NCBI GenBank assembly: GCA_049323655.1
Contig: JBMONO010000011.1
Location: forward strand, 21,574 to 85,573
Origin: Thermodesulfobacteriota bacterium
Lineage (GTDB): Bacteria > Desulfobacterota > Desulfobulbia > Desulfobulbales > SURF-16
Direction: 5' to 3'
Length of the DNA stretch: 64,000 bases
This document shows, one piece after another, positions 25,489 through 35,602 of this stretch (its first letter is position 1; every line of letters begins with the position of its first letter). The position numbers and the translations under genes are program-made. The notes beneath the pieces were generated by a model. The model was given only the letters and a program-made list of their open reading frames with translations, was not told where the DNA came from and did not search any database.

Positions 25489-26268
25489 ATGGTTATCCTC
25501 TCTTTTAACGGGAATCTTGTTGATCTGCTTCCCCGACGCTATGGGCGCGCATCGGTTCTTTCCGTTGATCTGCAGCGTGAAGCCTCTGTCAAGGATGTCG
25601 TTGAATCTTTCGGTGTGCCGCACCCGGAGATCGCAAAGATAGTGGTTGATGGCATTGAGGTTGATTTCGCGTGTCGAGTCCGGGGTCAGATGCACATCGA
25701 AATATATCCTCTTTCCCCGGCAACCGATTTTCTTTCTCCATCAATGCTGCGTCCGCAGCCTCTTTCTGGATATCGTTTCATTGCCGATACCAATGTGCGG
25801 AAATTGGGGGTCTGTTTGCGTCAACTCGGATTCGACACCATGCTGGCAGATGGTTTGCGTGACAACCGGATTGCCGCCATTGCCGGTTGTCAGCGACGTA
25901 TTCTCCTGACCCGTGATCGTGGATTGCTGAAACGGAAAATCGTCGAATTCGGTCATCTTGTCCGGGAAAAATCTCCCCCGGCCCAGCTTCGGGAGGTGGT
26001 CGCTCTCTATGGTCTGCGAGGTGCGATAAAGGCGTTTACCCGCTGCCTTCGGTGCAACGGAATGCTTGTGCCGGTCGAAAAAAAGGAGGTGCTCCCCCGT
26101 CTTCAGCCCCTGACCAAACTGTATTACGATGTGTTTCATCGGTGCAGCAGTTGTGGCCAGGTATACTGGAGCGGTTCCCATCGGGAGAAAATGGGTAGGG
26201 AGCTCGACGATCTTTTATCTTGCGACGAAACGAGAGAAAAGGGCTTTCCGGCTGACAGGGAAGAGTAA
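25489..26268 (+). CDS. Mut7-C ubiquitin-like plus RNase (PIN) domain protein
   Basis: SVKDVVESFGVPHPE; RFIAD..LRQLGFDT, RILLTRD, RCLRCNG, C..CGQVYWSGSH. Confidence 0.88.
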   Translation: MVILSFNGNLVDLLPRRYGRASVLSVDLQREASVKDVVESFGVPHPEIAKIVVDGIEVDFACRVRGQMHIEIYPLSPATDFLSPSMLRPQPLSGYRFIADTNVRKLGVCLRQLGFDTMLADGLRDNRIAAIAGCQRRILLTRDRGLLKRKIVEFGHLVREKSPPAQLREVVALYGLRGAIKAFTRCLRCNGMLVPVEKKEVLPRLQPLTKLYYDVFHRCSSCGQVYWSGSHREKMGRELDDLLSCDETREKGFPADREE

Positions 26269-26276
26269 TGCGCGGC

Positions 26277-26310
26277 AAAAAAAAGGGGTTCAGGTGGAAT
26301 CCTGAACCCT
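26277..26310 (-). terminator. Terminator after tRNA-His
   Basis: GGGTTCAGG/CCTGAACCC hairpin next to an A-run on + (U-tract on -). Confidence 0.7.
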
Positions 26311-26317
26311 GGAAAAA

Positions 26318-26395
26318 TGGGGTGAGCGATGGGACTCGAACCCACGACCGTCGGAGCCACAATCCGATGCTACCACCAGCTGAGCTACGCTCACC
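26318..26395 (-). tRNA. tRNA-His(GTG)
   Basis: Reverse complement GGTGAGCGTAGCTCAGCTGGTGGTAGCATCGGATTGTGGCTCCGA...GTTCGAGTCCCATCGCTCACCCCA, with G-1:C73; D-stem has one mismatch. Confidence 0.92.
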
Positions 26396-26539
26396 GTCCA
26401 ATCTGTTATGCTTTTTATGCTAACAGCGGGGATTTATAATATTTATTTCCCCCGCTGGCAAGGTAAAAGTGCGGTACCCTAAAAAAAGGTGATTCCCTGT
26501 CAGTTGCCACAAAAAAAATCATTCGGTTGCCATGGCTGA

Positions 26540-27196
26540 TTAAAACTCCCGGTTGCAGTGTTTGCAGACCTTTGCCTGTTTTTTGATGATCTCCTGACAG
26601 GCCGGGCATTCCTTTTTGAAGTTTGCCTGCAGTATCCGGTCGATGGCCAGGTTGGCGTTCTGCTCTACGTCGGTGTTGGCGAAGGTGTGATTGCGGATCG
26701 GATCAATGCAGTCAAGATCATTCATGTCAACGAGGAGCTGACAGGCCCGTATCCGTCCCTCCAAACCGGCGCATTCATCGAGAATAAGCGTCAGCAGGGG
26801 CTTCAGGTCATGCTTTTCAATGCAACCGTTTAATTCCTGCAACGCCTCTTTCTCTTTTTGGTAACGGACATTCTGTTTGCGAAGGGTCTCCGGGTCGATG
26901 ATGCAGCCGGTGAAGGCCTCCCTGCTGCCGACCATGATCAGTTCCCCTTTTTTTTCACCGGGGAGCAGCATGTAACGATACGAGCCGGCATGGCCGTATT
27001 GATCTTCGATATGTTTCCAGCCGCGTTCATAGATGGGACACTCATCATTGAGGCAGATAAACATGACGTCGCATCCCCAGCCGAGACCGTCACCGATATG
27101 AAACGGCGGTGTCTCGCAACAGGAAAGCCGGGTCTTACAATGGGGACAATAATGTTCTTCTTCGGCATATTTGATACACGCGTCATAGGTCAGCAT
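26540..27196 (-). CDS. Cys-rich zinc-ribbon/HEAT-like hypothetical protein
   Basis: CPHC...CC, CLNDEC, C-terminal CPAC-x10-CKHC zinc ribbon; AGGAG RBS. Confidence 0.7.
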   Translation of the reverse strand: MLTYDACIKYAEEEHYCPHCKTRLSCCETPPFHIGDGLGWGCDVMFICLNDECPIYERGWKHIEDQYGHAGSYRYMLLPGEKKGELIMVGSREAFTGCIIDPETLRKQNVRYQKEKEALQELNGCIEKHDLKPLLTLILDECAGLEGRIRACQLLVDMNDLDCIDPIRNHTFANTDVEQNANLAIDRILQANFKKECPACQEIIKKQAKVCKHCNREF

Positions 27197-27817
27197 CGGT
27201 TAGAAACTCCTTTTCTTAATAAGGATATGGTTAGTGTGCAGGATGTCATAAAGTGCATCCGCCCGCTGCTTGGGCTTTCTCCGGGGCGGGTATGGTTGCC
27301 GGAACAGGGACAATGTCTGTTCTACGGTTCTTCCGGCGATTGCGGTACCGTGCATATATCCGTGGACCCGGATAAAGGAATAATAGTTCGTCAGCTGCCG
27401 AACTGCCGGTCGTCAAAAGGGTAGGCGAGGGCCAGCAAAAGCAACAGGAGTATATAGAGAAGAATGTCAGGAATATTTTTTTTCATGTATGCAAAATAAC
27501 GCAGAAAACGGCGGAAATCAACCCGGTGAATGGCCATTCATTTTTTTTGAATGTAAGGGGAAATGGGTTTTGTTGTGTAACATATTGAAATTGTAATTTT
27601 TTGTTGGTATAATTTTTTGTTTTGGTTTGACCGGAAAAGAAAAGCGATTGACTTTTTAACTGTGGAAAAGTAAATAATTTGCCTAATTACTGACCTTGTT
27701 GGGGCATTTCGCCAAGTCTTCCAGATGAATTCCTGATGGATATCACCGTGGCCCTTCCTGTGCGCGAAAGTCGTGGACACGGGGGGAGCCGGTTCGCTAT
27801 GAGTACAGACGGTTAAT

Positions 27818-28876
27818 GTGAAAATGGATTCAAAACACAGTTCGAGATATGCCGAATCAGGCGTTGATATTGACAAGGGAAATCAATTTGTCAAGAATAT
27901 CAAACCGTTGGTTGCAGCTACTTTCCGGCGTGGGGTGTTGACCGACATTGGCGGCTTCGGCGGGCTGTTTGCCATTGGTGGTGATCGTTTTTCCGATCCC
28001 GTCCTGGTCGCCTCCACTGATGGGGTCGGGACAAAATTAAAAATCGCCAGTCTTTGTAATATTCATGACACTATCGGCATTGATCTGGTCGCCATGTGTG
28101 TCAACGATATTGTTGTTTCCGGTGCGCAACCCTTGTTCTTTCTTGATTATTTTGCCATCGGTAAACTCGATCTCGATGTGGCGACAGCCGTTGTCAAGGG
28201 TATTGCCAAGGGCTGCGAAATCGCCAAATGCTCTCTTATCGGTGGCGAAACCGCCGAAATGCCCGGTCTTTACCATGGCGGGGATTATGACCTCGCCGGT
28301 TTTGTTGTCGGCATTGCCGAGCGGGACAAAATTATTGACGGTTCGGAGATCAAGGTCGGCGACAAACTCATCGGGCTCGCTTCCAGCGGTATTCACAGTA
28401 ACGGCTATTCCCTGGTGCGGAAAATCTGTTTTGAAGAGCTTGGGTTAACCGTCTCTGATCATGTGCCGGAACTGAACGCCACCCTCGGTGACGAACTGCT
28501 GAAACCGACCCGGATCTACGTCGAACCATTGCTGAACCTTTTCAAGAATTTCAAGGTGCGCGGCCTTGTCCATATCACCGGCGGCGGTTTCACCGACAAT
28601 ATTCCCAGGGTGCTGCCAAAGGGAACAAAGGCCTGTATTCGTCAGGCGAGCTGGCCCATGTTGCCGATCTTCAGTTTCCTGCAGGGAAAAGGCAGGATTT
28701 CCGCTGAAGAGATGTATCGAACCTTCAACTGCGGTATCGGCATGGTCCTTATCGTTGATTCCCGTATCGTTGATGACGTTTCCCAGCAGCTGACCGCCCT
28801 CGGCGAAGTCCCGTACGTAATCGGCGAGGTGGCGGTGAAGCGGGATGATGAAGAAGCGGTCGAATATCTTGATTGA
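27818..28876 (+). CDS. purM: Phosphoribosylformylglycinamidine cyclo-ligase
   Basis: Y..SGVDI, STDGVGTK, GGETAEMPG, HITGGG, TFNCGIG. Confidence 0.97.
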   Translation: MKMDSKHSSRYAESGVDIDKGNQFVKNIKPLVAATFRRGVLTDIGGFGGLFAIGGDRFSDPVLVASTDGVGTKLKIASLCNIHDTIGIDLVAMCVNDIVVSGAQPLFFLDYFAIGKLDLDVATAVVKGIAKGCEIAKCSLIGGETAEMPGLYHGGDYDLAGFVVGIAERDKIIDGSEIKVGDKLIGLASSGIHSNGYSLVRKICFEELGLTVSDHVPELNATLGDELLKPTRIYVEPLLNLFKNFKVRGLVHITGGGFTDNIPRVLPKGTKACIRQASWPMLPIFSFLQGKGRISAEEMYRTFNCGIGMVLIVDSRIVDDVSQQLTALGEVPYVIGEVAVKRDDEEAVEYLD

Positions 28877-28919
28877 TTCGGCTTCTTTTTTGTTTCTTGG
28901 CCGGATTTTTTGAAGCCGG

Positions 28920-30590
28920 TCAGGGCAGAGGCAGAGTGAGCAGAAAACAGGCGCCTGTCTGGCTGGTGTCGTCATTATCATCCACTCTGATCTCGCCGCC
29001 ATGACTTTCCACCAGCTGCCGGACAATGGCCAGCCCCAGTCCGGTGCCGTTTTCCCGGGTGGTAAAAAAAGGCTCAAAAATTAAATTTCTGTGTTTCGGA
29101 TCGATCCCCGGACCACTGTCCTGAATGCGGATCTCGGTTTTTTCCAGTCCGTTTTCAACGATTTCTTCCGCTGCTATGGTAATGACGCCGCCGTTCTCAC
29201 CCATGGCGTTTCTGGCGTTTCCCATCAGGTTAAGAAAGATCTGTTTGATCTGGCGGGCGTCTCCCCAGCACTCAAGATGCTCAGGGATGTGGACTGCCAC
29301 CTGAAATCGCTCGTCCCACTCCTTGCCCTGACGAAGCAGATCGATGGTTTCCTCGACGATGCCGGGCAGGGAAATCCAGTTTTTTTCCGGAACAGCCGGT
29401 TTGGAAAACTGGAGGAACTCACTGATGGTTCCCTCAAGGCGATCACATTCCCGGACAATAATCGTCATCAGGCTTTTTGAGGCTGTTCCGGGCGCAAATT
29501 CTCCCTCCAGCACCTGGGCTGCCCCGGAAATGGCGGCCAGTGGATTACGGAATTCATGGGCGATACCAGCGGCCATTTCCCCGATGGCCGCCATTTTTTC
29601 CGACTGTCGGACCTGTTCCTCCATCTTTTTGATCACGCTGAGATCCTGCATTGTGTAAACCCGGCAGTTGGTGCAATCGCCGGGCATGTTGAGCCTGGTC
29701 CACGAATAACCCACCGGAATTTTTTCTCCCCCCTTTTTCTGCAGAGAGGTCATCGGCCGGAGAGAGTCGGTTTTTTCGGTGGTCAGCTCAGGGAAGATGC
29801 GATCAAAACTTTTTCCGAGCACCTCCATTGCCCCATAGCCGGTGATGACGCCGGCGGAACGGTTGAAGGAGGATATCCGACCATGAGAATCGACGGTGAT
29901 AATGCCGGTGGCGATATCGTCGAAGATCTGTTTGTAGAGCAGGGCCAGGCGGTCAAGGTCGCGGGATGCTCGGGAAAGTTCGGCCTCGGCCCGGTAAAGG
30001 CGTTCTGAGAGAAAGGAGCTGAGCAGGGCGACGAGAAAGAAACTTACCCCCCGGATGGCAAAGAAATGCATAGCCACCCGGATGCTGGTAACCGGTGAGG
30101 CACCGCTGCGCAGCAGGGGATCGACATGGTTGAGGTATTCGAGCAGGAGTATGGCGCCGTAGCTGCAAGTGGACAGAGCGGCCAGCAGCAGGGCGCCCCG
30201 ACGAAAGAGAATCATTGCACTGCTGATAATGGGCAGAAAATAGAAGACCGTGAAAATGGATTCACTGCCGCCGGTAAAAAAAACAATACAGGTGGTCAGG
30301 CCACAGTCAATGATGATCTGCACATAGGCGAACCGCTGGGCGCAGGGGATGATCTTCAGCAACAGGGCGGAGATGATGGTGAAAAGGTAGGTGACGACAA
30401 GAAACCAGATGATGCTGGTGATCGACGGTAGAACGATGTCATGTTCCTTGCCCTGCAGAAGCAGGGTGAGGCCGAGAAGACTGGTAATGATCACTACCCG
30501 CAGAAACAGTACCCAATGCAGCTGGTTTTTCAGGTGGTAGTCCGTGGTGGCCCTGCTGGTAAAAAGTGTGCGGATTTTTTCGAGTGTCAC
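28920..30590 (-). CDS. pilS: PilS-like sensor histidine kinase (TM-PAS-HisKA-HATPase)
   Basis: About 6 TM segments, FFTGG.ES.F motif, PAS, AHEFRNPL, DSGPG, FEPFFTT, GTGLGL. Confidence 0.85.
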   Translation of the reverse strand: MTLEKIRTLFTSRATTDYHLKNQLHWVLFLRVVIITSLLGLTLLLQGKEHDIVLPSITSIIWFLVVTYLFTIISALLLKIIPCAQRFAYVQIIIDCGLTTCIVFFTGGSESIFTVFYFLPIISSAMILFRRGALLLAALSTCSYGAILLLEYLNHVDPLLRSGASPVTSIRVAMHFFAIRGVSFFLVALLSSFLSERLYRAEAELSRASRDLDRLALLYKQIFDDIATGIITVDSHGRISSFNRSAGVITGYGAMEVLGKSFDRIFPELTTEKTDSLRPMTSLQKKGGEKIPVGYSWTRLNMPGDCTNCRVYTMQDLSVIKKMEEQVRQSEKMAAIGEMAAGIAHEFRNPLAAISGAAQVLEGEFAPGTASKSLMTIIVRECDRLEGTISEFLQFSKPAVPEKNWISLPGIVEETIDLLRQGKEWDERFQVAVHIPEHLECWGDARQIKQIFLNLMGNARNAMGENGGVITIAAEEIVENGLEKTEIRIQDSGPGIDPKHRNLIFEPFFTTRENGTGLGLAIVRQLVESHGGEIRVDDNDDTSQTGACFLLTLPLP

Positions 30591-30653
30591 GTCAGGCCCC
30601 CCGGTTTGCTCGCCGACCTGTCAATTTTTTTGAAGTTCAACCGGAGGGTGCGC

Positions 30654-32042
30654 TCACTGGATGTCATATTTTTTCACCTTGTAGCGCATGGAACGGAAAC
30701 TGATCTTCAAGAGATCGGCAGCCTTCATCTTCGAGTTTCCCGCCTTTTTCAGGGCAAGCTCGATCATCTTTTTTTCAAAGCGGTTGGTAACCTCCTCCAG
30801 GCCGAGATCGTAGAGTTCCTCCTCGCTGGCCAGGGTGAAGATCGTGTCGGAATGGGCCGGTTGGGCTGGTGGTTCCTGTTTTCGATGAGAGGAAATGGTC
30901 AGGCTTTCAGGCAGGATGAGGTTGGAGGTTGACAGGGCAACCCCCCGTTCAATGATGTTTTCCAGTTCCCGGACATTGCCGGGAAAATCGTAATTCATCA
31001 ATACCTCCATGGCATAAGAGGAAAGCTGCTGAACATCTTTTTCAAAAGTTTTCGCGTATTTTTTCAGAAAATAGTCGACCAGCAGGGGGACATCACCTTT
31101 GCGTTCCCGCAGGGGCGGCATGCGGATGGGAACGACGGCCAGTCTGTAGAAGAGATCCTCGCGGAACCGTTTTTCCAGAATCTCCTGTTCAAGATCGCGA
31201 TTGGTTGCTGAAATGATCCGGACATTGACCTTGATGGTTCGGGTGTCGCCGACCCTTTTGAATTCCCGTTCCTGGAGGACGCGCAGCAGCTTGGTCTGCA
31301 CCATGGGAGTCAGTTCGCCGATTTCATCGAGAAAGACGCTGCCGTTGTTGGCCAGTTCGAACAGGCCGATCTTGTTCGTGTTGGCACCGGTAAACGAACC
31401 CTTGACGTGGCCGAACAGCTCGCTTTCAAACAGACTTTCCGGAATGGCGTTGCAGATGATGGGGACGAAATTGTTGTCCGCCGCCTTGCTTTTGCGGTGA
31501 ATGGCCTGAGCAACCAGTTCCTTTCCGGTGCCGGACTCGCCGACGATGAGGACATTGGCATGGGTCGGGGCGATCCGGTCGATCTGATCAAAGATTTTTT
31601 TCATCTCCGGGCTCTGGCCGATGATGTTGGGAAAGTCGGAATGGAGGTCCTGCCGCGCGTCGACCGCCTCGGCCGCACCGCCAGCGTTCCTGATGGCGGA
31701 ATGGATGATCGATTTGATTTCGTCGAGCTTGAACGGTTTGGTGATATAGTCATAGGCGCCGTATTTCATGGCCTGAACCGCATCTTCCGGCGAGGCAAAG
31801 GCGGTGATCATGACAAAGGGCAGATCGGGCTGGATCTGTTTGACCTGACCGAGCAGTTCGAGCCCGCCCATTCCCGGCATCCGGATGTCGGAAATGACCA
31901 GGTGAATCTCGTTCTCTTCGATAATCTTCAGCGCCTTTTCGCCGTCCTGGGCGGTTATCGCCTTATATCCTTCTTTTTCAAGAAGGATTTTCAGGAACTC
32001 GCGCATGCTGAGTTCGTCATCAACAACAAGTATTGTGGGCAT
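30654..32042 (-). CDS. pilR: PilR-like sigma54-dependent response regulator
   Basis: Receiver domain; GESGTGKE, ESELFGHVKGSFTGA, FPGNVRELEN; Fis HTH ISFRSMRY. Confidence 0.88.
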   Translation of the reverse strand: MPTILVVDDELSMREFLKILLEKEGYKAITAQDGEKALKIIEENEIHLVISDIRMPGMGGLELLGQVKQIQPDLPFVMITAFASPEDAVQAMKYGAYDYITKPFKLDEIKSIIHSAIRNAGGAAEAVDARQDLHSDFPNIIGQSPEMKKIFDQIDRIAPTHANVLIVGESGTGKELVAQAIHRKSKAADNNFVPIICNAIPESLFESELFGHVKGSFTGANTNKIGLFELANNGSVFLDEIGELTPMVQTKLLRVLQEREFKRVGDTRTIKVNVRIISATNRDLEQEILEKRFREDLFYRLAVVPIRMPPLRERKGDVPLLVDYFLKKYAKTFEKDVQQLSSYAMEVLMNYDFPGNVRELENIIERGVALSTSNLILPESLTISSHRKQEPPAQPAHSDTIFTLASEEELYDLGLEEVTNRFEKKMIELALKKAGNSKMKAADLLKISFRSMRYKVKKYDIQ

Positions 32043-32214
32043 GATCGATCAGTGGTAATGTGAATGCTGCTTTGGGTGACAGCAACGGTTTTGTTCCGCT
32101 GCGGGTGGCGGACACACGAATCGTCCTGGCCGATCCATCTCGGATGCGACGGTTGTCCTCAATCGTAGCAGGTTTTCCTCATACTGACAAGCAACAGAAT
32201 AACCTTCGGAGATC

Positions 32215-32415
32215 ATGGCGAAAAATCTCATCCTTTTCGGCATTCTGCTTATTATTGCCGGTCTGTTGTGGCCTGTGCTGAGCAAACTGCCCTTGGGCCG
32301 GTTGCCCGGCGACATCATCATCCGTCGGGGCGGCCTAAGCCTCTATCTGCCGCTTGGCACCTCAATCGTTATCAGCATTATTCTCTCGCTGCTCTTCACC
32401 ATTTTCCGCCGGTAA
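32215..32415 (+). CDS. DUF2905 small membrane protein
   Basis: LGRLPGDI, Y.PL.TSI.IS. Confidence 0.85.
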   Translation: MAKNLILFGILLIIAGLLWPVLSKLPLGRLPGDIIIRRGGLSLYLPLGTSIVISIILSLLFTIFRR

Positions 32416-33429
32416 CGAGGCTAAAAGCTCGGCGATGTGACGGCGTAGCCCGGCAAAGGTCGGGACGGCGTAGATCGAGCTGCGCAGAGTCGCCCCGTTT
32501 GCCATCCCTTTGAAGTATTTCCCGGCGTGATTGCGGACTTTTCCCATGGAGCATTCCTCTCCGGAAAAGCGGGCAATGAGTTCCAGGTGACGGGACAGGG
32601 CCTGGAGGCGAAAACGGGGGGAAACGATCCTGTCGGTCTCCCTGAAGACCCAGGGCCGGCCAAGAGCGGCTCTGCCGATCATCACCCCGTCGCAGCCGGT
32701 TCTGGCCATCATGGCGAGGCCTTCGGTCCTGGCATGGATGTCGCCGTTGCCGATCACCGGAATCGAGACGCTTTTTTTGACTTGGGCGATCACCTGCCAG
32801 TCGACGGTTCCGGAAAAACCGTCACTCCAGGTCCTGGCATGGATGGTGACCGCGGCGGCGCCCGCCTCTTCCGCCATCCTGGCAAAATCTGGTGCGGTGA
32901 CGGACTGGTGAGTCCAGCCGGAACGGAATTTCACCGTCACCGGTTTCTCGGTGTTCGCCACCACCGCCCGGATGATTTCGCGGGCCACCTCCGGTGTTTT
33001 CATGAGGGCGCAGCCTGCCCCTTTTTTCACCACCTTGCGAACCGGACAGCCCATATTGATGTCGATGCCGTCAATGGCAAGGCCGGCGAGCATGGCCGCA
33101 GCCCGGCCCATGACATCAGGCTCCTCGCCAAAGAGCTGGATGATCACCGGTCTCTCCTCATTCACTGTTTCAAGCATCTCCCATGTTTTATGTTGGTGAT
33201 AGGTCAGGCCGTGGGCGCTGATCATTTCCGAGAACACCAGACCCGCCCCGTATTCCCGGCAGAGCAAACGGAAGGGGAGATCGGTGTACCCGGCCAGCGG
33301 CGCGAGGATAAAGGGATTGTCGATGGTGATGTCGCCGATTGTCAGCGGGGTGACCGGCTGGGGGAAGGGCGGCGTGTCGTTTCCCCCCTGGAAAGACGGG
33401 CGGCTTGCAGTCGTACTGGGTGTTTTCAT
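32362..33429 (-). CDS. dusB: tRNA-dihydrouridine synthase DusB
   Basis: LAPLAGYTD, DINMGCP, TIHART, IGNGDI, GVMIGR. Confidence 0.92.
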   Translation of the reverse strand: MKTPSTTASRPSFQGGNDTPPFPQPVTPLTIGDITIDNPFILAPLAGYTDLPFRLLCREYGAGLVFSEMISAHGLTYHQHKTWEMLETVNEERPVIIQLFGEEPDVMGRAAAMLAGLAIDGIDINMGCPVRKVVKKGAGCALMKTPEVAREIIRAVVANTEKPVTVKFRSGWTHQSVTAPDFARMAEEAGAAAVTIHARTWSDGFSGTVDWQVIAQVKKSVSIPVIGNGDIHARTEGLAMMARTGCDGVMIGRAALGRPWVFRETDRIVSPRFRLQALSRHLELIARFSGEECSMGKVRNHAGKYFKGMANGATLRSSIYAVPTFAGLRRHIAELLASLPAENGEEQRENNADND

Positions 33430-33567
33430 GGATTTTCTGCTGGAGTGTTGCCCCGGAACATAGTAATATGTTCATCCTTGTCCCACCATGTCGGTCAGAC
33501 AGGGATCTGTTTCCCGCCTGCATCGATCACTCAACCAGGAATATGAGCTTAACCGGACGGAGATGTC

Positions 33568-35514
33568 ATGACTTTGCGATTAAACCCGAACAACAAGGAA
33601 TTGTCCACCACAGAGCTGCAGGCTCTCGCGGAGATGAGAAAACGGTGCGCCCGCCGCATTCTGCTGTCAACCTCTCTTGCTGCGTCAGGTCATCCCGGCG
33701 GCTCTCTTTCCTCGCTTGACCTGCTGCTCGTCACCTACGGTCTGATGAACCATCGGCCGCAGGAACCGCGCTGGGGCGGGCGTGACCGGGTGGTCATGAG
33801 CATCGGCCATATCTCTCCCGGTGTCTACAGCGTGCTCTGTGAATACGGCTATTTCAGCGAGGCGGATTTTCTGACCGGTTTCCGGCGGGCCGGCTCCGGC
33901 TTTCCCGGCCATGTGGAGAAGATCGTCCCGGGGGTGGAGTGGGACACGGGTAATCTCGGTCAGGGGCTGTCCACCGCGGTGGGCATGGCCATGGCCATGA
34001 AGCTCAAGGGCCAGCCCGGCCGGGTCTTCGCCTTCATGGGTGACGGCGATCTCCAGAAGGGGCAGGCGGCCGAGGCCATGCGTTTTGCCCATAAATACCA
34101 GCTCGACAACCTGATCGGCATCGTCGACCGCAACCATCTGCAGATCTGCGGCAGCACCGAGGAGGTAATGCCGAGCGACATCCCCGGCCTTTTCGCCTCC
34201 TGCGGCTGGCAGGTTGAGCATCTTGACGACGGTCATGACTGCGGCAGGATTTTTTCTGCCCTTGCTCCTCTCTGCCGGGGAGTTGGCGCTGCCCAACGGC
34301 CCACCGTCATTATCGCCCGGACCGTTATGGGCAAAGGCATCTCCTTTATGGAGAACCTGGCCAAGTACCACGGCTCCCCTCTGAAGGCGGAACAGCTCGA
34401 CGCCGCCTGCGCCGAACTCGGGGTGGAAAACGACTTCGTCCAGTGGGCCGAAAAACGCAGACAGCCGGTGTCCACGGCCACCCGCCTGGCCAACACGGTC
34501 TGTTATCCGACGATTGCCACCGGCACGCCGGTGACCTACGCGGCCGGCACCAGGACCGACTGCCGTTCCGCCTATGGCACCGCCCTCCATGATCTGGCCA
34601 AGGGCAACAATGTCCCCGGCCAGACGCCGAAGGTTGTCGGTGTTTCCTGCGACCTGGAGGGCTCGGTGAAGATGGGCGATTTCCGCAAGCACATGCCTGC
34701 CGCTTTTCTTGAGACCGGAATCCAGGAACATCACGCAGCCACCATGGCCGGGGCCATCAGCCGCGAGGGCATGGCGACCTTTTTCAGCACCTTCGGGGTG
34801 TTTGCTGTTTCCGAGGTGTACAATCAGAACCGGCTCAACGATATCAACCACACCAACGTCAAGGTGGTGGCCACCCACCTCGGCCTCGACGTCGGCGAAG
34901 ACGGTCCCACCCATCAGGGCATCGATTATATCGGCTTGATGCGCAACTATTTCGACTTCCAGGTTTTTCTGCCGGCTGACCCCAACCAGACCGACCGCGT
35001 TGTCCGCCATGTCGCCTCATGCCCCGGCAATTGTTTCGTCGGCATGGGACGTTCCAAGATGGATATGATTCTCGCCGTGGACGGCACTCCGTTTTTCGGG
35101 GGAGACTACCAATTCACCCCCGGCCGGGGCGACTGGGTGCGGCGCGGCGGCCAGGGCACCATCATCTCCTGCGGCAGTCTCAGCAACAATGTCATGGATG
35201 CCTGGCGGATGCTGAGCGACGAAGGCATCGAGGTATCCGTACTGCTGATGGCCTCCATCATTCCTTTTGACCGGGAGAGCGTGCTGGCAGCGGCACAGGA
35301 CGGGCCGATTCTCACCGTGGAGGACCATCATGTCGATACCGGCCTCGGCGCCATGGTGGCGACCATGCTGGCTGATGAAGGGATGCCCTGCCGTCTGCAG
35401 CGGCTCGGGGTAACGCGCTACGGTTCTTCCGGCAAGCCGGCGGATCTCTATGCCGCCCAAGGGCTTGATGCTGCCGGTATTGCCCAGTCTTTCAAAAAAA
35501 TGTTGGGAAAATAG
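33568..35514 (+). CDS. tkt: Transketolase
   Basis: SGHPGGSLS, GNLGQG, GDG TPP motif, GEDGPTHQ. Confidence 0.93.
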   Translation: MTLRLNPNNKELSTTELQALAEMRKRCARRILLSTSLAASGHPGGSLSSLDLLLVTYGLMNHRPQEPRWGGRDRVVMSIGHISPGVYSVLCEYGYFSEADFLTGFRRAGSGFPGHVEKIVPGVEWDTGNLGQGLSTAVGMAMAMKLKGQPGRVFAFMGDGDLQKGQAAEAMRFAHKYQLDNLIGIVDRNHLQICGSTEEVMPSDIPGLFASCGWQVEHLDDGHDCGRIFSALAPLCRGVGAAQRPTVIIARTVMGKGISFMENLAKYHGSPLKAEQLDAACAELGVENDFVQWAEKRRQPVSTATRLANTVCYPTIATGTPVTYAAGTRTDCRSAYGTALHDLAKGNNVPGQTPKVVGVSCDLEGSVKMGDFRKHMPAAFLETGIQEHHAATMAGAISREGMATFFSTFGVFAVSEVYNQNRLNDINHTNVKVVATHLGLDVGEDGPTHQGIDYIGLMRNYFDFQVFLPADPNQTDRVVRHVASCPGNCFVGMGRSKMDMILAVDGTPFFGGDYQFTPGRGDWVRRGGQGTIISCGSLSNNVMDAWRMLSDEGIEVSVLLMASIIPFDRESVLAAAQDGPILTVEDHHVDTGLGAMVATMLADEGMPCRLQRLGVTRYGSSGKPADLYAAQGLDAAGIAQSFKKMLGK

Positions 35515-35549
35515 GGAAGCACACCTCGCGAAGATTGTCGGATAAGACC

Positions 35550-35595
35550 AAAAAAAACGCCGGATCATTTTTTATCAATGGTCCGGCGTCTTTTT
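35550..35595. terminator. Bidirectional terminator between convergent tkt and lptE
   Basis: A-run, ACGCCGGATCATT/AATGGTCCGGCGT stem, T-run. Confidence 0.75.
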
Positions 35596-35602
35596 GGGGT
35601 CA

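Noticed and set aside
33685-35010. Long antisense ORFs (e.g. 441 aa opposite tkt, 397 aa opposite cysS, 339/342 aa opposite pilY1)
   Set aside because: Shadow frames typical of high-GC coding DNA; no recognisable motifs.
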